Position numbers and translations under genes: made by a program
The notes under the pieces: generated by a model
Seen by the model: only the letters and a program-made list of their open reading frames with translations
Database searches by the model: none
Told to the model about the DNA's origin: nothing
Shown: piece by piece, positions 1-52,453 of the stretch
How positions within the stretch are numbered: position 1 is the first letter of the stretch
Layout of the letters: every line of letters starts with the position of its first letter
Source of the DNA: Podarcis cretensis
Lineage: Eukaryota
Assembly: GCA_951804945.1 (NCBI GenBank)
Contig: OX638154.1
Coordinates: 32,054,001-32,118,000, forward strand
DNA: 64,000 nt
Direction of reading: 5' to 3'

Positions 1-82
1 GGGTTCTAGATCATGTATCTTTAACCTTTTCAGACCCCAGTACCTACATAAAACAAAGCTAAGCACTAAGGAATAGGAATAG

Positions 83-430
83 TAATAGTAATTTATTTAT
101 ATGCCACCCATCTGACTGAGTTGTCCCAGCTACTCTAAGTGGCTTCCAACAAAATATTAAAAACACAATAAAACATCAAACATTTAAAATTTTCCTAAAT
201 AGAGTTGCCTTCAGATGTCTTCTAAAAGTCAGATAGTTGTTTATTTCCTTGACATCTGATGGTAGGGCATTGCAGAGGACAGGCACCACTACCGAGAAGG
301 CCCTCTGCCTGGTTCCCTGTAACCTCACTTCTCGCAATGAGGGCACCCCCAGAAGGCCCTCAGAGCTGGATCTCAGTGTCCAGGCGGAACAATGTGGGTA
401 GAGATGCTCCTTCAGGTATACAAGGCCAAA
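83..430 (-). mobile_element. L2-type LINE 3' fragment
   Basis: Typical squamate L2 tail (ttatttatat...ccatctg...gagaaggccctctgcc). Confidence 0.65.
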
Positions 431-1451
431 GCACCCTATGTACAGGTATATATAACAGCACCATCTAGTGGGTGATGTTGTAGCTTATATGATAATAGCT
501 TTCTACTATGATTCCAGAAAATGTAATTATCTAGATATTTTGTAGGTTGCAAACTTTGCATTTAGTATTTGGAAACTGAACCAGACTAGGAAGGGTAATT
601 TAATAGGTCTTGTGGAGCCCAACCCAAATCACAATTCCGAGACACGAATAAACACGGTTGTGGTAAAGTTCTGAGTTAATAGAATGGATGGTACTACTTC
701 AAATTTCAGGGTGGAGGATCACATTTTTAAATGTTCCCTATGTTATATATATGTGTAAGTAGATAACAGACAGCAGAATCCTAATCAAATCGTTCTCCCT
801 GATGTTTTAGTTTTTGCTTGTAGAGGTTTTTGTTTTGTTTTTGATGTGGGGAACATTGAAAAATGTGTCTTTACATCTACAATATGAACTGGTACAATTC
901 ACTCTAACACTTACTTCTTATTACCTTACTCTCATTGCAGCTCTATGCATATGCAGGGTGGGACTTAAGCCATAGAAGCCTCTGAGTTCATAATTCATGC
1001 TTTCTGTGCTGCCAACATTAACAGATGTGAGCCCCGCACAACTGCACCCGCCACAAGATTGCCCGCAAACACAATTTCTGCCGAACTTGAAGACTCATAC
1101 CCATCTGAATTGCTTCAACCAAGAATAATATTCACATTTTCCTCCAGCTAAGCAAACAGCTAAAATGTTATTAAGTAAATTAGTGTAAGTCTTGCTCAAT
1201 TAAACCACACAATTAAACCACCAGCACATTGGCTGTGTCTAAATTTATATTAAATATTATTCAGAGGAGCCAGATGGTACCTGCTGCAAGCAGTCATGCA
1301 GCTTCTAGAGCCCAGGAAACTACCCTGGAGAGAAAGCTTAACAGAAGTACAGAAAAGTTCTGTTCTTCCAGGTTTTCTGAATGAAATAAATTAAGCTGCT
1401 TTGGTATAGAGCTTGATTAACCATGCTTCAGAGCAAGGCCGCATCACAAGT

Positions 1452-1608
1452 GCCCTGTAGGTCAGTGGTAGAACATAAACTCAAGTTTAATTCCTGGTAT
1501 CTCCAGGTAGGACTGGGAAAGGCCTCATCTTAATCCTTGGAGAGCATCTGCTAGTCCATGCTGAGTTAGATGGACTAAGGGCGTTACTTGGTACAAGGCA
1601 GCTTCCTA
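1452..1608 (+). mobile_element. Decayed tRNA-derived SINE (Squam3-like)
   Basis: A-box-like tcagtggtaga; body cctggtatctccaggtagg...gatggac...aaggcagcttccta. Confidence 0.6.
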
Positions 1609-2194
1609 GATTTGGATTAGATAGCTCGATTCTTTCTTGTGGGCCATATTATATGGAGTCAGACCATCAATCAATGTGTCTATCTGTGCAGTGCCTTGCA
1701 GCTAAATTTGTTCCCTAGGCAGAATACCAAAAATAGGGTTGGAAACGTCAACCATATATGAGTAGAATACAGATGCACTAGGAGTAAAAAGAACAAAAGA
1801 AAAAGGAGAGGGTGCAGGGTAGGAGAGGCCCTCAACCAAAGACTAATACTCCCAGGCCATACATCAGACAACAGTATGTAACTGAACCCTCAGCTAACAT
1901 ACACTGAGAGTCAGGCTGATGGCAAGTAAGGAATTTGTCCCCTTCAGCCTGGGAAATATGGGAGGATTGGTCTCAGGGCACTTCAAGGTGAAAGAATCTG
2001 CCCATGCACTTTGGAGGACTGATGGGATGAAATTGCTTTCAGAGGACACCCTCAGAACAATCACCTTCTTCTGTGTCCCCAACTTAGAATAAAAAGCAAC
2101 AACTTGTAAATAATAAAATTCCGTTCAAAACAGCTGCAGCAACACGACAAGAACAACCACATCTGGTGAGGCCTTTTTGATTACCAGGTTTTCA

Positions 2195-2505
2195 GGGACA
2201 GGGATGTGTGAGAGGGTCTTTTCTGCAGTGGCATCCAGAATGTGAAACCCCCTGCCTCAGGAAGTTCCTTTGGAACGTTCTTTGCTAGTGTCCCGCCGGT
2301 GAGTAGCAAGTGTTTATTCTGCCTGGCGTTCATCATTTTACTGTTGTCTCCTCTGTGCTCTTATCTACTGCTTTTGTGTTTAATTGGTTTCGCTTAATTC
2401 TCTTTGTAGTTTGATTTCTAAACATTGTTAATTAGTTTTATGGTTATGTAGGTCACCTTGAGCACTGCCTTGTGGCATTGGAAAGACAGGGTGTAAATCC
2501 ACAAA
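2195..2505 (+). mobile_element. Decayed L2 3' fragment
   Basis: agggtcttttctgcagtggc...cctgcctcagg...ggtcaccttgag tail. Confidence 0.5.
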
Positions 2506-2580
2506 GCAAACAACCAGCCAACAAAGATAACAACAACAATAACAACAACAACAACAATAATAATAACAACAACAACCAAC
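2506..2580. repeat. (CAA/TAA)n microsatellite
   Basis: visible trinucleotide array. Confidence 0.85.
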
Positions 2581-5510
2581 CTTCAACTGTGCCAAACTAA
2601 TCAAAGTCCTTTTTAAAAAGGGCATCTTAACTCCCCCTTCTGCCTAGATGGAATTTCTTATGGATGGAGTAACGTAATTGCCATGGGAGGCCTCATCTGG
2701 TTACCAGTAATGGGGCCATGCTGCTGGCACTGCCTTGGCATTAGGCATCACACATGCCCATGTGTTGCCATTGTCTATCTGCATGAGGAAAGTCTACATG
2801 TCAGCAAGAGACCTACCAGTAGATCCCAATCTATCTTCTGCCAGCCACTGTTTTAAAAGGTTAAAACCTGCAATTTGAACTGAGCCTTTTGTTGCTTATT
2901 GGCTGTGATGTAGCTGCTATTCCAAATTGCAGTTGCTTTGCTAGCTGGTGCAGAGCTGTATTTTCTCAGCTACAGTAAGATGTAGTCGCCCCAATATTAA
3001 CAATAATATACCCAGACTTTAAAATATTGGCTACAGCCCACTATGTTTCATAGTGACCTGAAACTGCCTGTCTTTTTAGACCAGGCCCTGTTTGAATGCC
3101 AGGGAAATGCAATTGTCTCCCAAACAGATGCAGTTTTTTAAGAAAAGATTCCTCCCCGCCCCTCTTCATTCATCCATGTATAGATCTTCCAGCTGAAGGT
3201 AATGAATCTGATTAATAAAATGGTCTGTGAAAACTTATGTCATAATTACATTGACAACATCCAATGTTACTCATTCTCAGAGTAGATCCATGGAAATCAA
3301 TGGACTAAAAATCCATTGATTTCAATGATCTACACTGTGAGTGACTAATGTTGACTATCATCCTTTGTCTTTAAGTTAATTTAAGATGTTTTTGATGCAA
3401 TGAATGAGCAACCATTTGCAGGATATTTGCTCTGCTGCAAACTGATCAGCTTAATGCTTTCTTGCCCAGAAAAACATTTTGCACTGTAATGCCATGCTTC
3501 TTGGGCTTTCATAATTTTCTACATTACGACCAACTATCTTCTAAAGCAATTGTTTGTCAGATGGGTCACTTTTGTGGGATATTCCACCCTCCCCTCAAGT
3601 CCAATAAATCTTAGAAAGTATTTGCATCCCTCCAACCTTCTGACCATTGGATTGTGCTGGTGAGTTTGGGTACAATTTGGGCATAGCTGAGAGTGCCACA
3701 GCTCTTGCACAGCAGCAAAACTCCATTGGGACAAATTGCATTTATGCACAGCATTAGATGCTGATTTATAGAAAACAGGGAACTTCAGTGCTCTGCAATA
3801 TAGGTGCTTGCATACAAATGGTTATTCTGAAATCTGAAAGACTGCTTTTGAGAACACACACAGAATTTGAATGCATTTGGGCACTAAGATTAATGCCACT
3901 TAATGCTTCGGTAGTCATCTGCAAAGAGAAAACAGTGGTGTAAACTACAGAGATACATTCTTAATGTCTTTGTGCAAAGTAACTTTAAAAAAATACCCAC
4001 ACAATAAGCATATCCCAATTATCTTGTTGTTTAAATTGGTATATCTTCTTCTTGTTTCTAACACCTAATAGAATTTAATTGCACCTGCCTCTTCACAGAG
4101 CAGGTTGTACCTATTTCAAAATAAAACATTAGCAAAGCAGCCATTGATAACCATTGACAGCCAGGGGACTGCAAAGCTGCATAGAACATTTGCAGTGTTA
4201 GAGGCAAGTCAGGCTAGGTTCACTGACGGAGTTTTTTTTTTATAAAACAGCAGTTTTAAATTTCCTGGCAAACCAACCCAGAAACTAGCACAGATATGCA
4301 GTGAAGCATTTGTGTGAGTTGTAGCATCCTTTTTCCTAGTCAAGCAAGACAAGCAAATCTGTGAAAGGTTTCGGTGAAAAAAGGATAGCAGCCAATGTAA
4401 CCATATGGGACATTTTTTATTTCTGGTGTAGCAACATAGGTGTGATAAGAGTAATGCCTGCAGTATACAGATATCTGCCTTGTTACAGACTTTCCCCTTG
4501 CACAAGAACCACTTCGGTGTAGTGTGTACTGCAGGAAAAGAGTGTGCTATATGAAAGCAAGGCTGAAAGAACCACCCATAGTCTTTTGAATCTTGCAGTC
4601 AATATTTAATAGCCATATTTAAGGCACCTGGCTTGCATGAGGAAAAACACTTGGAACACAAATGTACAGATGGCCTGGCGTGTGAGATCTATGGATTCAA
4701 GCAGCACAGCCACACTCTTTTTGACAAAGCTCTTGAATTCATACCGTTATAGCACTCCTTCTCTGTGTTGTGCTGTTGCTGCGGCTCCTGCATTTAATGG
4801 GCATTTAATTGCCATGATTTAAGCTGTGCGCATATGTGCAGCAACATAAAAGATAGGGGGGCTAGGAAAGGAAAGGGGAAGATCCATTGAAGCAGCAACA
4901 ATCTGGAACAGCGGCTGTGGAAGCGGGGGGGGGGGGGGCGATGAGACATGGACATTGACATCAAGAGGCTGAGTCTAAACCCTCTCTTACCTGTAGTTTT
5001 TCCAGTGTATGGAATGGGTGAAGTTGACCTTAAGAGTGATCTAAAGGTGAATACATTTGATGCAAGGCAAGGAAAAACCACAAGCATTTAGTGCCATATG
5101 GCGGGACTTCATCTCGTATGCCTCTAAACCAAATGTACAATACTACTTGCCAACAGCAGCCAAGACGTTTTAACAATTTGATGTTGCTTTGTACAATCAA
5201 ACAGGCTCTGTAACATGTTCAGCACATGTTCCTCCTGACTTGTGCATGACCTCCCATGTTGGGGCTGTTCCATTAGTTCTTGTTGCTTATGTGTGTGGTT
5301 CTTTTTCGGGAAAGCCAACCACAGTGGTGAGCATTTTGGTAGTGCAGTATGAATACAAAGTCAAATCCAGATCTTGGAAAATAAGAGCCTTGAGGTGCAT
5401 TTAAGGAGAGGGAAATACCCCACTGAAGTTGAATGTGTATACTTTTACATGAAAAAAAATACATAGATGTGGCTTCTTTGGTCCATGAATACTTGCAAGA
5501 GCCCTCCATG

Positions 5511-5765
5511 CGAGAGCCAGTGTGGTGTAGTGGTTAAGAGCAGTAGATTCGTAATCTGGGGAACCGGGTTCGCGTCTCCGCTCCTCCACATGCAGCTGCT
5601 GGCTGACCTTGGGCCAGTCACACTTCTCTGAAGTCTCTCAGCCCCACTCACCTCACAGAGTGTTTGTTGTGGGGGAGGAAGGGAAAGGAGAATGTTAGCC
5701 GCTTTGAGACTCCTTTGGGTAGTGATAAAGTGGGATATCAAACCCAAACTCTTCTTCTTCTTCTT
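5511..5765 (+). mobile_element. Young tRNA-derived lacertid-type SINE with (TTC)n tail
   Basis: A box tggtgtagtgg, B box gggttcgcgtctcc, L2-like 3' end, (ttc)n tail; flanking repeat ctccatg at 5504 and 5766. Confidence 0.85.
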
Positions 5766-6248
5766 CTCCATGTCATGCAAGCAAACTATATGTCCAAGGC
5801 TGAGCTACTTAGATGGAAGGTGAAGTTGCTTTATTTAGAGATTTCTGAGAACATTGCAGTTGTGCTTTTAGAAATGAGAAGCTGTATTCAGCTCTGTTAT
5901 GTGATAGACTGTGAGCTACATTGATTTGCACTTCTGCGAGCAATTAGCTTGAAAACCGTAAAAATAAAAAGGTGTCTGTACACTGAAGCTTGCTTGTAAA
6001 CCATCCCTGCATTATTAGTGATAAATTTAACAAAGTGGGACTGCCACAAACTTTTATCATCTCCCAATTTCTATTTTGAAAGATTTTTAAGACCTGCATT
6101 ATCCATGAGCTGGTGATCAGATTAATTATTCACAGATTTATGGTGACTTAGGGCAACTCCAGCAGCAGCGTTTTGCAAGGGATAGCATATCAGTCGTACA
6201 AACCCACATGTTCATGGTGTAAATTGATGCTGGTCCAGATGGTTTCAC

Positions 6249-6575
6249 AGGACTCCCTTAGCTCAGTGGGCAGCACATATGTCTTGCACTCAGGACTCAG
6301 GTCTAGTCCTGGGTATCTCCAGGCAGGGCCAGCAAAGACTCCTCTCTGAAACTCTGGAGAGCTGCTACTGTAGACAGTTATGAGCTAGAACAGGCATCCC
6401 CAACCTGCGGCCCTTCAGAGGTATTGGCCTACAACTCCCATGATCCCTAGCTAACAGGACCAGTGGTCAGGGATGATGGGAATTGTAGTCCAAAACATCT
6501 GGAGGGCTGAAGGTTAGGGATGCCTGAGCTAGATGGACCAAATGGTTTGTCTCTGCATAATGCAGTTTCCTATGT
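6249..6575 (+). mobile_element. Squam3-like SINE interrupted by a MITE
   Basis: tagctcagtgg head; 3' end gatggaccaaatgg...tttcctatgt; split at agctaga. Confidence 0.65.
6391..6526. mobile_element. hAT non-autonomous MITE (136 bp)
   Basis: TIR caggcatccc/gggatgcctg; 8-bp TSD agctagaa/agctagat. Confidence 0.88.
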
Positions 6576-6590
6576 TATAACATGTAATAT

Positions 6591-7405
6591 TGTCAGGGGT
6601 TCGGGAGCAGAGGCACAGGGGAGAGAGGAGGCGGAGAGCGAAGGGGAACAATCCGAGGGCAGCGTAGGAGAATATGACAGTGGGCCGAGAGATTCCATGA
6701 GCTTCTCCAGCGATTCGGAAGATTCCCAGAAGGGGGCACCGATGGCCAGGGCAAGGGGGGTCCCGGGAAGGACGCACCAGAAGCAAGGGGCCAGCGGCGA
6801 CTCCCAAAGCAGACCAGCTTCCCCACCAGAGCGTAGCGGGGGGGGCGGAAGAGTCCCACGTGTCAGGGCTGGCTTCCCCTCCAGTGGGGAGAGAAGATGA
6901 GTCAGGGCTGACCACGCCCCTATCGCTGAGTGAGGGAACGGGGGGGGGGGAGTCAGACCCAGCTAGCCCCCCCGAAGGGGGAAGCAGTGACAGGAGCAGT
7001 GTAACGGTCAGGAGGAAGGTTGCCGGCTGGGCGCGCGCGCCAAGTTCAAATGTACAGGCGCGCGGGACAGCAGGGAGCTCGGATTGGGAGCCAGGTCCTA
7101 AAGCACGCCGGAAGCAGGGGGAAGAATCCGGGGAATCAGCATCAGAAGAGTCCAGAAAGGGCGACACCCCAGCGGGCAGAAGGACCCAGAGGAGAAAGGA
7201 GCAAAGGAGGAGGTGGAGCAAGGCTAGGGTCTTGAACTGGTGTCGAGGGGGAGGAGATTCAGATGGAGCTTCAGCGGTCTAGGGTTGGGACGTAGAGCTG
7301 CACGCCGCGGCTTTGAAATGGAAAGTGAACCTTAATAAAGACTTTTGTATATAGCAAGAACTGGCGTTGGTCCTTTGTGAGCTGGGACCTTGGGCAGCTC
7401 TGACA
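6591..7405 (+). mobile_element. Solo LTR (Gypsy-like), 815 bp
   Basis: TGTCAG...CTGACA termini, perfect 5-bp TSD AATAT, AATAAA at 7334, CpG-rich. Confidence 0.88.
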
Positions 7406-7558
7406 AATATGAATGAGGAAGTCCCTGTTGTGAATCTTGTCTTTGCTATGAAATCACTTCTTAGATAATCCCTAGCTTTCTGCCTCAGCCCTATTAAGGG
7501 GACAGCACACACCTTCCTTTTTAGGTTTTTTTAAAAATGAGATTACTAATGTAACTCT

Positions 7559-7696
7559 TGGTTGGACACTGTTCTCGAAGCTACAAACATGAGTCTGACC
7601 AAACTGCGGGAGGCAGTGGAAGACAGGAGTGCCTGGCGTGCTCTGGTCCAGGGGGTCACGAAGAGTCAGACACGACTAACGACTAAACAACAACAA
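7559..7696 (+). mobile_element. RTE-BovB LINE 3' end (5'-truncated)
   Basis: gcctggcgtgctctggtcca...ggtcacgaagagtc.gacacgact plus (caa)n tail; 11-bp TSD aatgtaactct. Confidence 0.88.
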
Positions 7697-8269
7697 AATG
7701 TAACTCTACCATATAATAGGATATTATTATGAGCACAGACAGGACAGAAATTGTTATCTGGTTGACCGATCTGAGAACAGGACGCAAGAGTAGATGAGCC
7801 TTTGGTCTGAGCCAGCAGGGCTCTGTTGGCCTAGATTCAGCTAACTCAATGTGCTACCAGAAGCCAGCACAAGGGCTCCTGAGAGTGCAAGAGGGCTTCT
7901 CCACCTTCTCTGCCTCCCCCACCTCGCCCAAATCCATTCTGGAAGGTCAGGAAAAGCTCGAGAACAATTGGGGAGGGGGGAAAGAGTGTGGGGGTTGTCC
8001 CATGTGGCAAGCAGAATTGCTTGTGCTGACAGCATGATCAGAAGAGTGGCATTGAAGTCTTCCCTATGTTCTTGTATCATATTAAAAAAAGGGGATAGGA
8101 AGTTTAAATTACCCAATGAAATATCTTTGTCTTCCATAATTTCTATGCTACTGCCATTGGTGCCAACCTGGAAGCACCGGAGACACTAAGCAATTCCCCA
8201 TTCTCATTTGTATATGAAGGATAACAGGAGAAGGAGCTCACACACTGAAGACCATCAGCTTCATACATA

Positions 8270-11200
8270 AGAATAATCTTTAAAATTTATTTGACTAATT
8301 GTGTTACATTCAAGATCTGATGTGTTTCTTCTAGACAAAGAGTTGGCATAAATACAAACAAGCCTTTGTGCCTTCCCTAAACAAGAGATAAAGTACTAGA
8401 GACAGAGGAACATAGCTTCACATCTTTGTATTTACAGTCTGCCTTTACAACTTAGTGGTAGGAATATTTACAGAAAATACAATAAGAACAAAAAGATCAT
8501 GTCTTGGCAACATACAGAACTTTATACACAATTGTACATGATTAAGCACATGGTATCTAGCCATCTCCTTCCAAGTACTCCTGCAAAAACCCAGTTGTCT
8601 TTCAAAGATGCACTCTATCAATTGTGTAACTATCACCATGTTATACTTCTGTTCACTATTCATGTTGAATTATAGTTCTATAATCCACCTGGGCTAAATA
8701 TTATGAACACTGCATGACAATTGTATACTTCCCTCCTGGGAAGCGGCTACAGATAATGGGCAGTCCAATCCTCAAGGCACTCCTAACAGCTTATGACCCA
8801 CTGAAGAAAATAGGGCTGGTACTGAGGACCAGAAGCAAGCTGCGTTTTCTATAGCTGCTTTACAGCTGCTCTCCATACAAAATAGCTACTCTTTCAGACA
8901 TGATTCCACTCAGCTCCCTCCCCATTTGATTTTTTCTTTACATTTAAAATATATTTGAAGGACCAGCTTAAAGGTGCTTTATATTTCTTAAATGGAAACT
9001 CTATCAAAAAGGTACTAAAACTGACATTTTTGATTTGAAATTGTTGTGAAGATGACTAACTTCCAAGTGTATGGTGCTTTATTAAGAGGACTTGAGTACA
9101 ACCCTTGTATGTGTTTATGTGGTAAATACTGCAGCCCTAATATTTTATCTCTTCAAGAGACCAGAGTGAAAACAAATAATACATGGTAGTTAAGATACCC
9201 AAAGGAAACAGTAATAGGAAACAAGCAACTTAAATGTTAAGAACCAAGCCTGGTCTACAAACTTCGATTCTTTTGATTATCCTGTGCAATGGTATCCAAA
9301 ACAAAAGTTGGAAATTTAAATGTTATATTGAGTTTTACAAGCCTGATGCCTCAACCTGACCTAAAAAGAACCAATTTTTCAAAGGCAGTCATGTTTAGAG
9401 AGCTCTAGACAGAACATTGTATTGCAGTTAATTGGTCAGTCAATAGTTCTGCACAGGGGACAGGAAGCTATCAGTGCACTTGGAAGCCTTCTCATTTACA
9501 CACATACAAAAACAGACAACCAGCATCTGTACCAAAGGACCACATCACACACATTTGGGAGAACACAGCGAAAGTGAGCCCTTATACATTTCCATTAATT
9601 GCTCAGTGCTGTTTGGAGAAATCACTGCTGTTATTTCCCTCCATAGTATTTTTATTAACAGAATCAAAAGAATTCCTGCATGCAGATTTAGGCCACAACT
9701 TCCAAGTCCACTTGTGTGCTGTTAAGTACACAATGGAAGAAAAAGTAAGTATAACACAAATGTGGATTCAGGGCAGCACGTCTGCTCCACAGCAGGGTTT
9801 TTTAAAAAATAAAATAAAATACAGGCTAAGTTAAGGCTGCATCAAGCAAATTATAAAGTTTGGAGAAGTAAATTCCTGGGGGCAAGAATACACTGGCTTA
9901 ATAGAAATGAATTCCTGGGGAGGGGGGACCTTTACAAGCATACGGCCCTTATTTTCACAGCAGAGTTTAACAAACTGAAATTTCCTTTACTAAACAGAAG
10001 GTTTTTGAACATGAGAGGCTGTAATTAAAAGCAAATTATTTAAACTCTTGAACACCAAACTGGGCCATGCCTCTAACCCAGTTCAAAAGCTGTTGTAGAT
10101 TTAATACATTTCTGTCCTGTCTGTGTAACTCAAAAGGATGGTTTTGGCAGGTCATTAGTTAAAACAAACTAATGGCTTCACCCAAAGTACATACATGGTT
10201 CAAACCATTGATTTTTATATGCAGTTGCCCAACTGCTCAACCTTTTATTGCACGGCTCTTGTGGTACGCATGCATTGGTTGTGCCATTAATCCATGGACT
10301 AAATGTGACAGGTCATCATCTAGATCAGAACAGTATCTAAGAGGGTTCAATTAAGTTTAGTGTTCGTGCACTAGGTTAATACTGGCAAATGTTCAGTACT
10401 AAGTAACTGCTATGCAAGTATCAGAACAACCTGCATCCCCACTAGCAGTGCTATTTGCTGTTCCAATCTGTGCATCAATGAAGCAGGACAGCTAAACATG
10501 CCAGACTTTGAGAGTGATTTTATGATGCGCCCTTATTTTTCATATGTGGACCTACACCACAAGCTGACAAGACGCTAGCATGCTAATTCAAAGTAAGCAG
10601 CAGGCTCCATTGTTTAATCTTCCCTAAGAAACCAGGAAGCTCTTTAGGGTTTTTAAATGACCACCCTGGCAGCTTTTATGAACAAAAAGTACACCTCTCA
10701 GAGGAGTGCTGTGTAATAAAATATTTTTGCTATAACCGTTATGAAGCAAGTACTGCCTCAAAGATTAGCTTTAACACACATAGCCTCACTGGAAATCCAT
10801 CAAAAGCAACCAAGTTTCTTTTTGCTAAGCCCTTCGCCAATTGCTCCAGACCTTGCCACTCTGCTTTCTTTGTCATAATTCAACTACATCAAAAGATATA
10901 GGGGAATACTGCTGCTGTAGGCCAGTTTCAAAAGAGCTTTTCTTCAGGATCTCAAAGAGTCAAAATATAACTTACTTTTGCACGTTCTATTAATGGACAG
11001 TTTGCTTCCTTCCCTGAAGTATCAGATTGCATAGCAACATTGAGAAAGGTAAAGGTTTTAACAAAACGAAAGCTTTCATGTCTATGTTTCTTATGGCCAA
11101 CACATCAGTTAAAAGTTTTCAAAGTTCCATGCTATGCATACTGGGAACACTGGGTATTTAAAAAAATAAATAAATAGACAAGTGGAAGTCAACTGTTTTT

Positions 11201-13512
11201 CAAAGGACATTCCAATGTTGTATTTAAAAGGAAAAGGGCACAGAAACTGAACAGACCATATTAATTTTAGACATTGAAAAGGCCCACCAACTTGTGTTTC
11301 ACTAACACTGGGAGAGTAGTTCACTTGCTTCAGAAGACTACTGGCCATGTGTTCCATAAGCAAAAAATGAACAAATTAAAGCAAAACAAAAATTGTATTG
11401 TCAATTGTAAGCCACTTGCATTATTATTATTATTATATATGCTTCTGAAGAATCAAGAGTTAATTTTGCTCTAGAATTTCTCAGCCTTGTTTCAGTACTA
11501 GGTTAAGACTTGTAAGGATATTATACTGGCTCCCCAATGATGAATCTTAAATACTAAGGGGCTGCTATGAAGTGAATCATCTTGATCTTGGGAGTGTTTG
11601 CTTCTAAATAGGTATTCTTCACATTTTATCCTTGAACACGTTCCAGCAACTTCCTGCAATTAGGCAATATTAAAGCAAAGTGTGCTAATCTGCATGTATT
11701 CTATTATGGCTGATGGTAAAAAAAGAGAAGAGAACCATTAAAAAACCTCAAACGTAAACTGTGTTGGGAACTTAGGAACTTAATTCTTGCTTGCTTAAAT
11801 ATCATACTATATGCCTACTATGAATCAAATATATTCAAATCAATAGGACTTGTTTCCAAATAAATGTGGACTAGGTTTGTATCTCTTATTTCTGAAAATG
11901 CAATTTGACTTTTTAATAGCTATCAAGAAAGTTCTTGCACAAAGCATTATTTTCTGGATTCCCTTTTGGAAAACATGGCCTCCATTTATAAAATGTGCAG
12001 GTAGATTTTTAAAAGGTTTTATCAGCTTCCAAAAAGGTTTTATTAAGAAAATGATACCCTGTCTTGCATCCAAGTGTCAAGCACAAGAAAACCAAGTGAT
12101 CTAATAATTTATTCTTTAAATCTGGACAGGGTAGCTATTTCTTTCCTCTCCAGTAACATCCAGTAATACAACACACATTAACCAATGAAGTGGAGGGACA
12201 CCAGGGAAATTTGAAGCTGCTTGACTTTGTATTACTAGATGTTAAGGGTGGGGACAACATTCCCGGTTCTTTTTGGCAGAAGCCATGCATGTAATATATG
12301 GTTCCAGACTGATATCAGTGCAAAGCAAGGATGAAACCATTTAATTTCAAACACTTGTAACAATTCTGAAGGGCACATAGTTATCAGATAATTTCTAGTA
12401 CACTTTTTAATGACCTTAACTTGCATGGGTCTTCACTTCCAATGATATTGGACAGCTATGGTGTGCCAGGGTTTGAATAATTCCTTTTTTAAAAAAGAAA
12501 CCCACCTCTTTCAGTAAAATGAATGAACGAACTGTGGGACATGAAAAGAAGCATCTATCCCTTTCTGTAAAGAACATTTGCAATTCAGAAATCAGATTTC
12601 ACAATAGGGTGGTTGTAACTAGTTCTTACATGCAGAGATGGACATACATTCTGATTGCACCTTTTCCAGGACAAGGATTTCACTTCTTTCTATAAGGGTG
12701 GACTGGTCAGATGAGAAATCACATTTTTAGCATTCATAAGATACAGGTGAAATTATGTACTGGTCATAAATACAATCGGGATGAACCACTATACAGGCTT
12801 TTCTTTGTCTCAAAGCTGACTTAAATGGACCATCCTTAGCTCAAAGAACCAATCTTCTTTGCTTCCCCATCCCTCACCAATACCCCAGAGCTTTTATCCT
12901 GGACTGGCCAGCAGTAGGTAGAGGGTGCTTGCAACCTACAAAGTTAAAGAAACTTTGAGCAACGGACCCATGGGTACATGCATCTTGGATCTAGAGGAGG
13001 AGAGTCAGAAATGGAGCCTCTGAGTGGAGCTAAAAATAAATAAATAGGCCTGCTTGCAGGTGGGAAAGCAAACCAAACAAGATATAGCACAATAATTTAT
13101 TGCAATTTCATGGTCTCTGTCTGGAAAAAAAAATGCACCTGAACCCAACCTGCTATGAAGCCAAGTACCAAACTTCAGGTGCTAGTTCTTTACGTTCAGA
13201 ATCTGGCATTTTAGGTCAACATAAAAAGCTATGAGAAGTGCAGTTAACCCCCCTCTCTCTACTACACATCCAGTACATATTACTAAATAGTGACTGATGG
13301 TGAAAGTTTGTCCCTCTGCAGCAGCTGATGGAGTGAAGCTGGTTTTCAGGGAAAGTGCCTATATTGTGTCCTCATTTCTTCCTTGCAGCAGAAGCAGAAG
13401 TCATGCTCAGGTTGTGGTTTCTTTATACAGGACTTGCAAGGTGGGGAAGGGTCCCCCCCCCCATTACCGTAGACACCAAGCTCTGATCTAATTGTTCAGG
13501 GAGGATATTGGT
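8270..13512 (-). other. RALGAPB: Probable long 3'UTR of RALGAPB
   Basis: AT-rich and free of recognisable TEs. Distal AATAAA at 8286-8291 with a GU-rich downstream element (~8238-8246); proximal AATAAA at 13096-13101 plus several intermediate ones. Confidence 0.6.
8286..8291 (-). terminator. Distal polyadenylation signal AATAAA
   Basis: tttatt on +; upstream UGUA motifs, downstream GUGUGUG. Confidence 0.55.

Positions 13513-52453
<38,941 letters not shown>

Noticed and set aside
1680-1871. Hydrophobic ORF as ADIG (adipogenin)
   Set aside because: No resemblance to the MKYPL... adipogenin sequence and no matching exon structure.
5513-5590. tRNA gene
   Set aside because: It is the tRNA-derived head of a SINE, continuous with the SINE body and tail.
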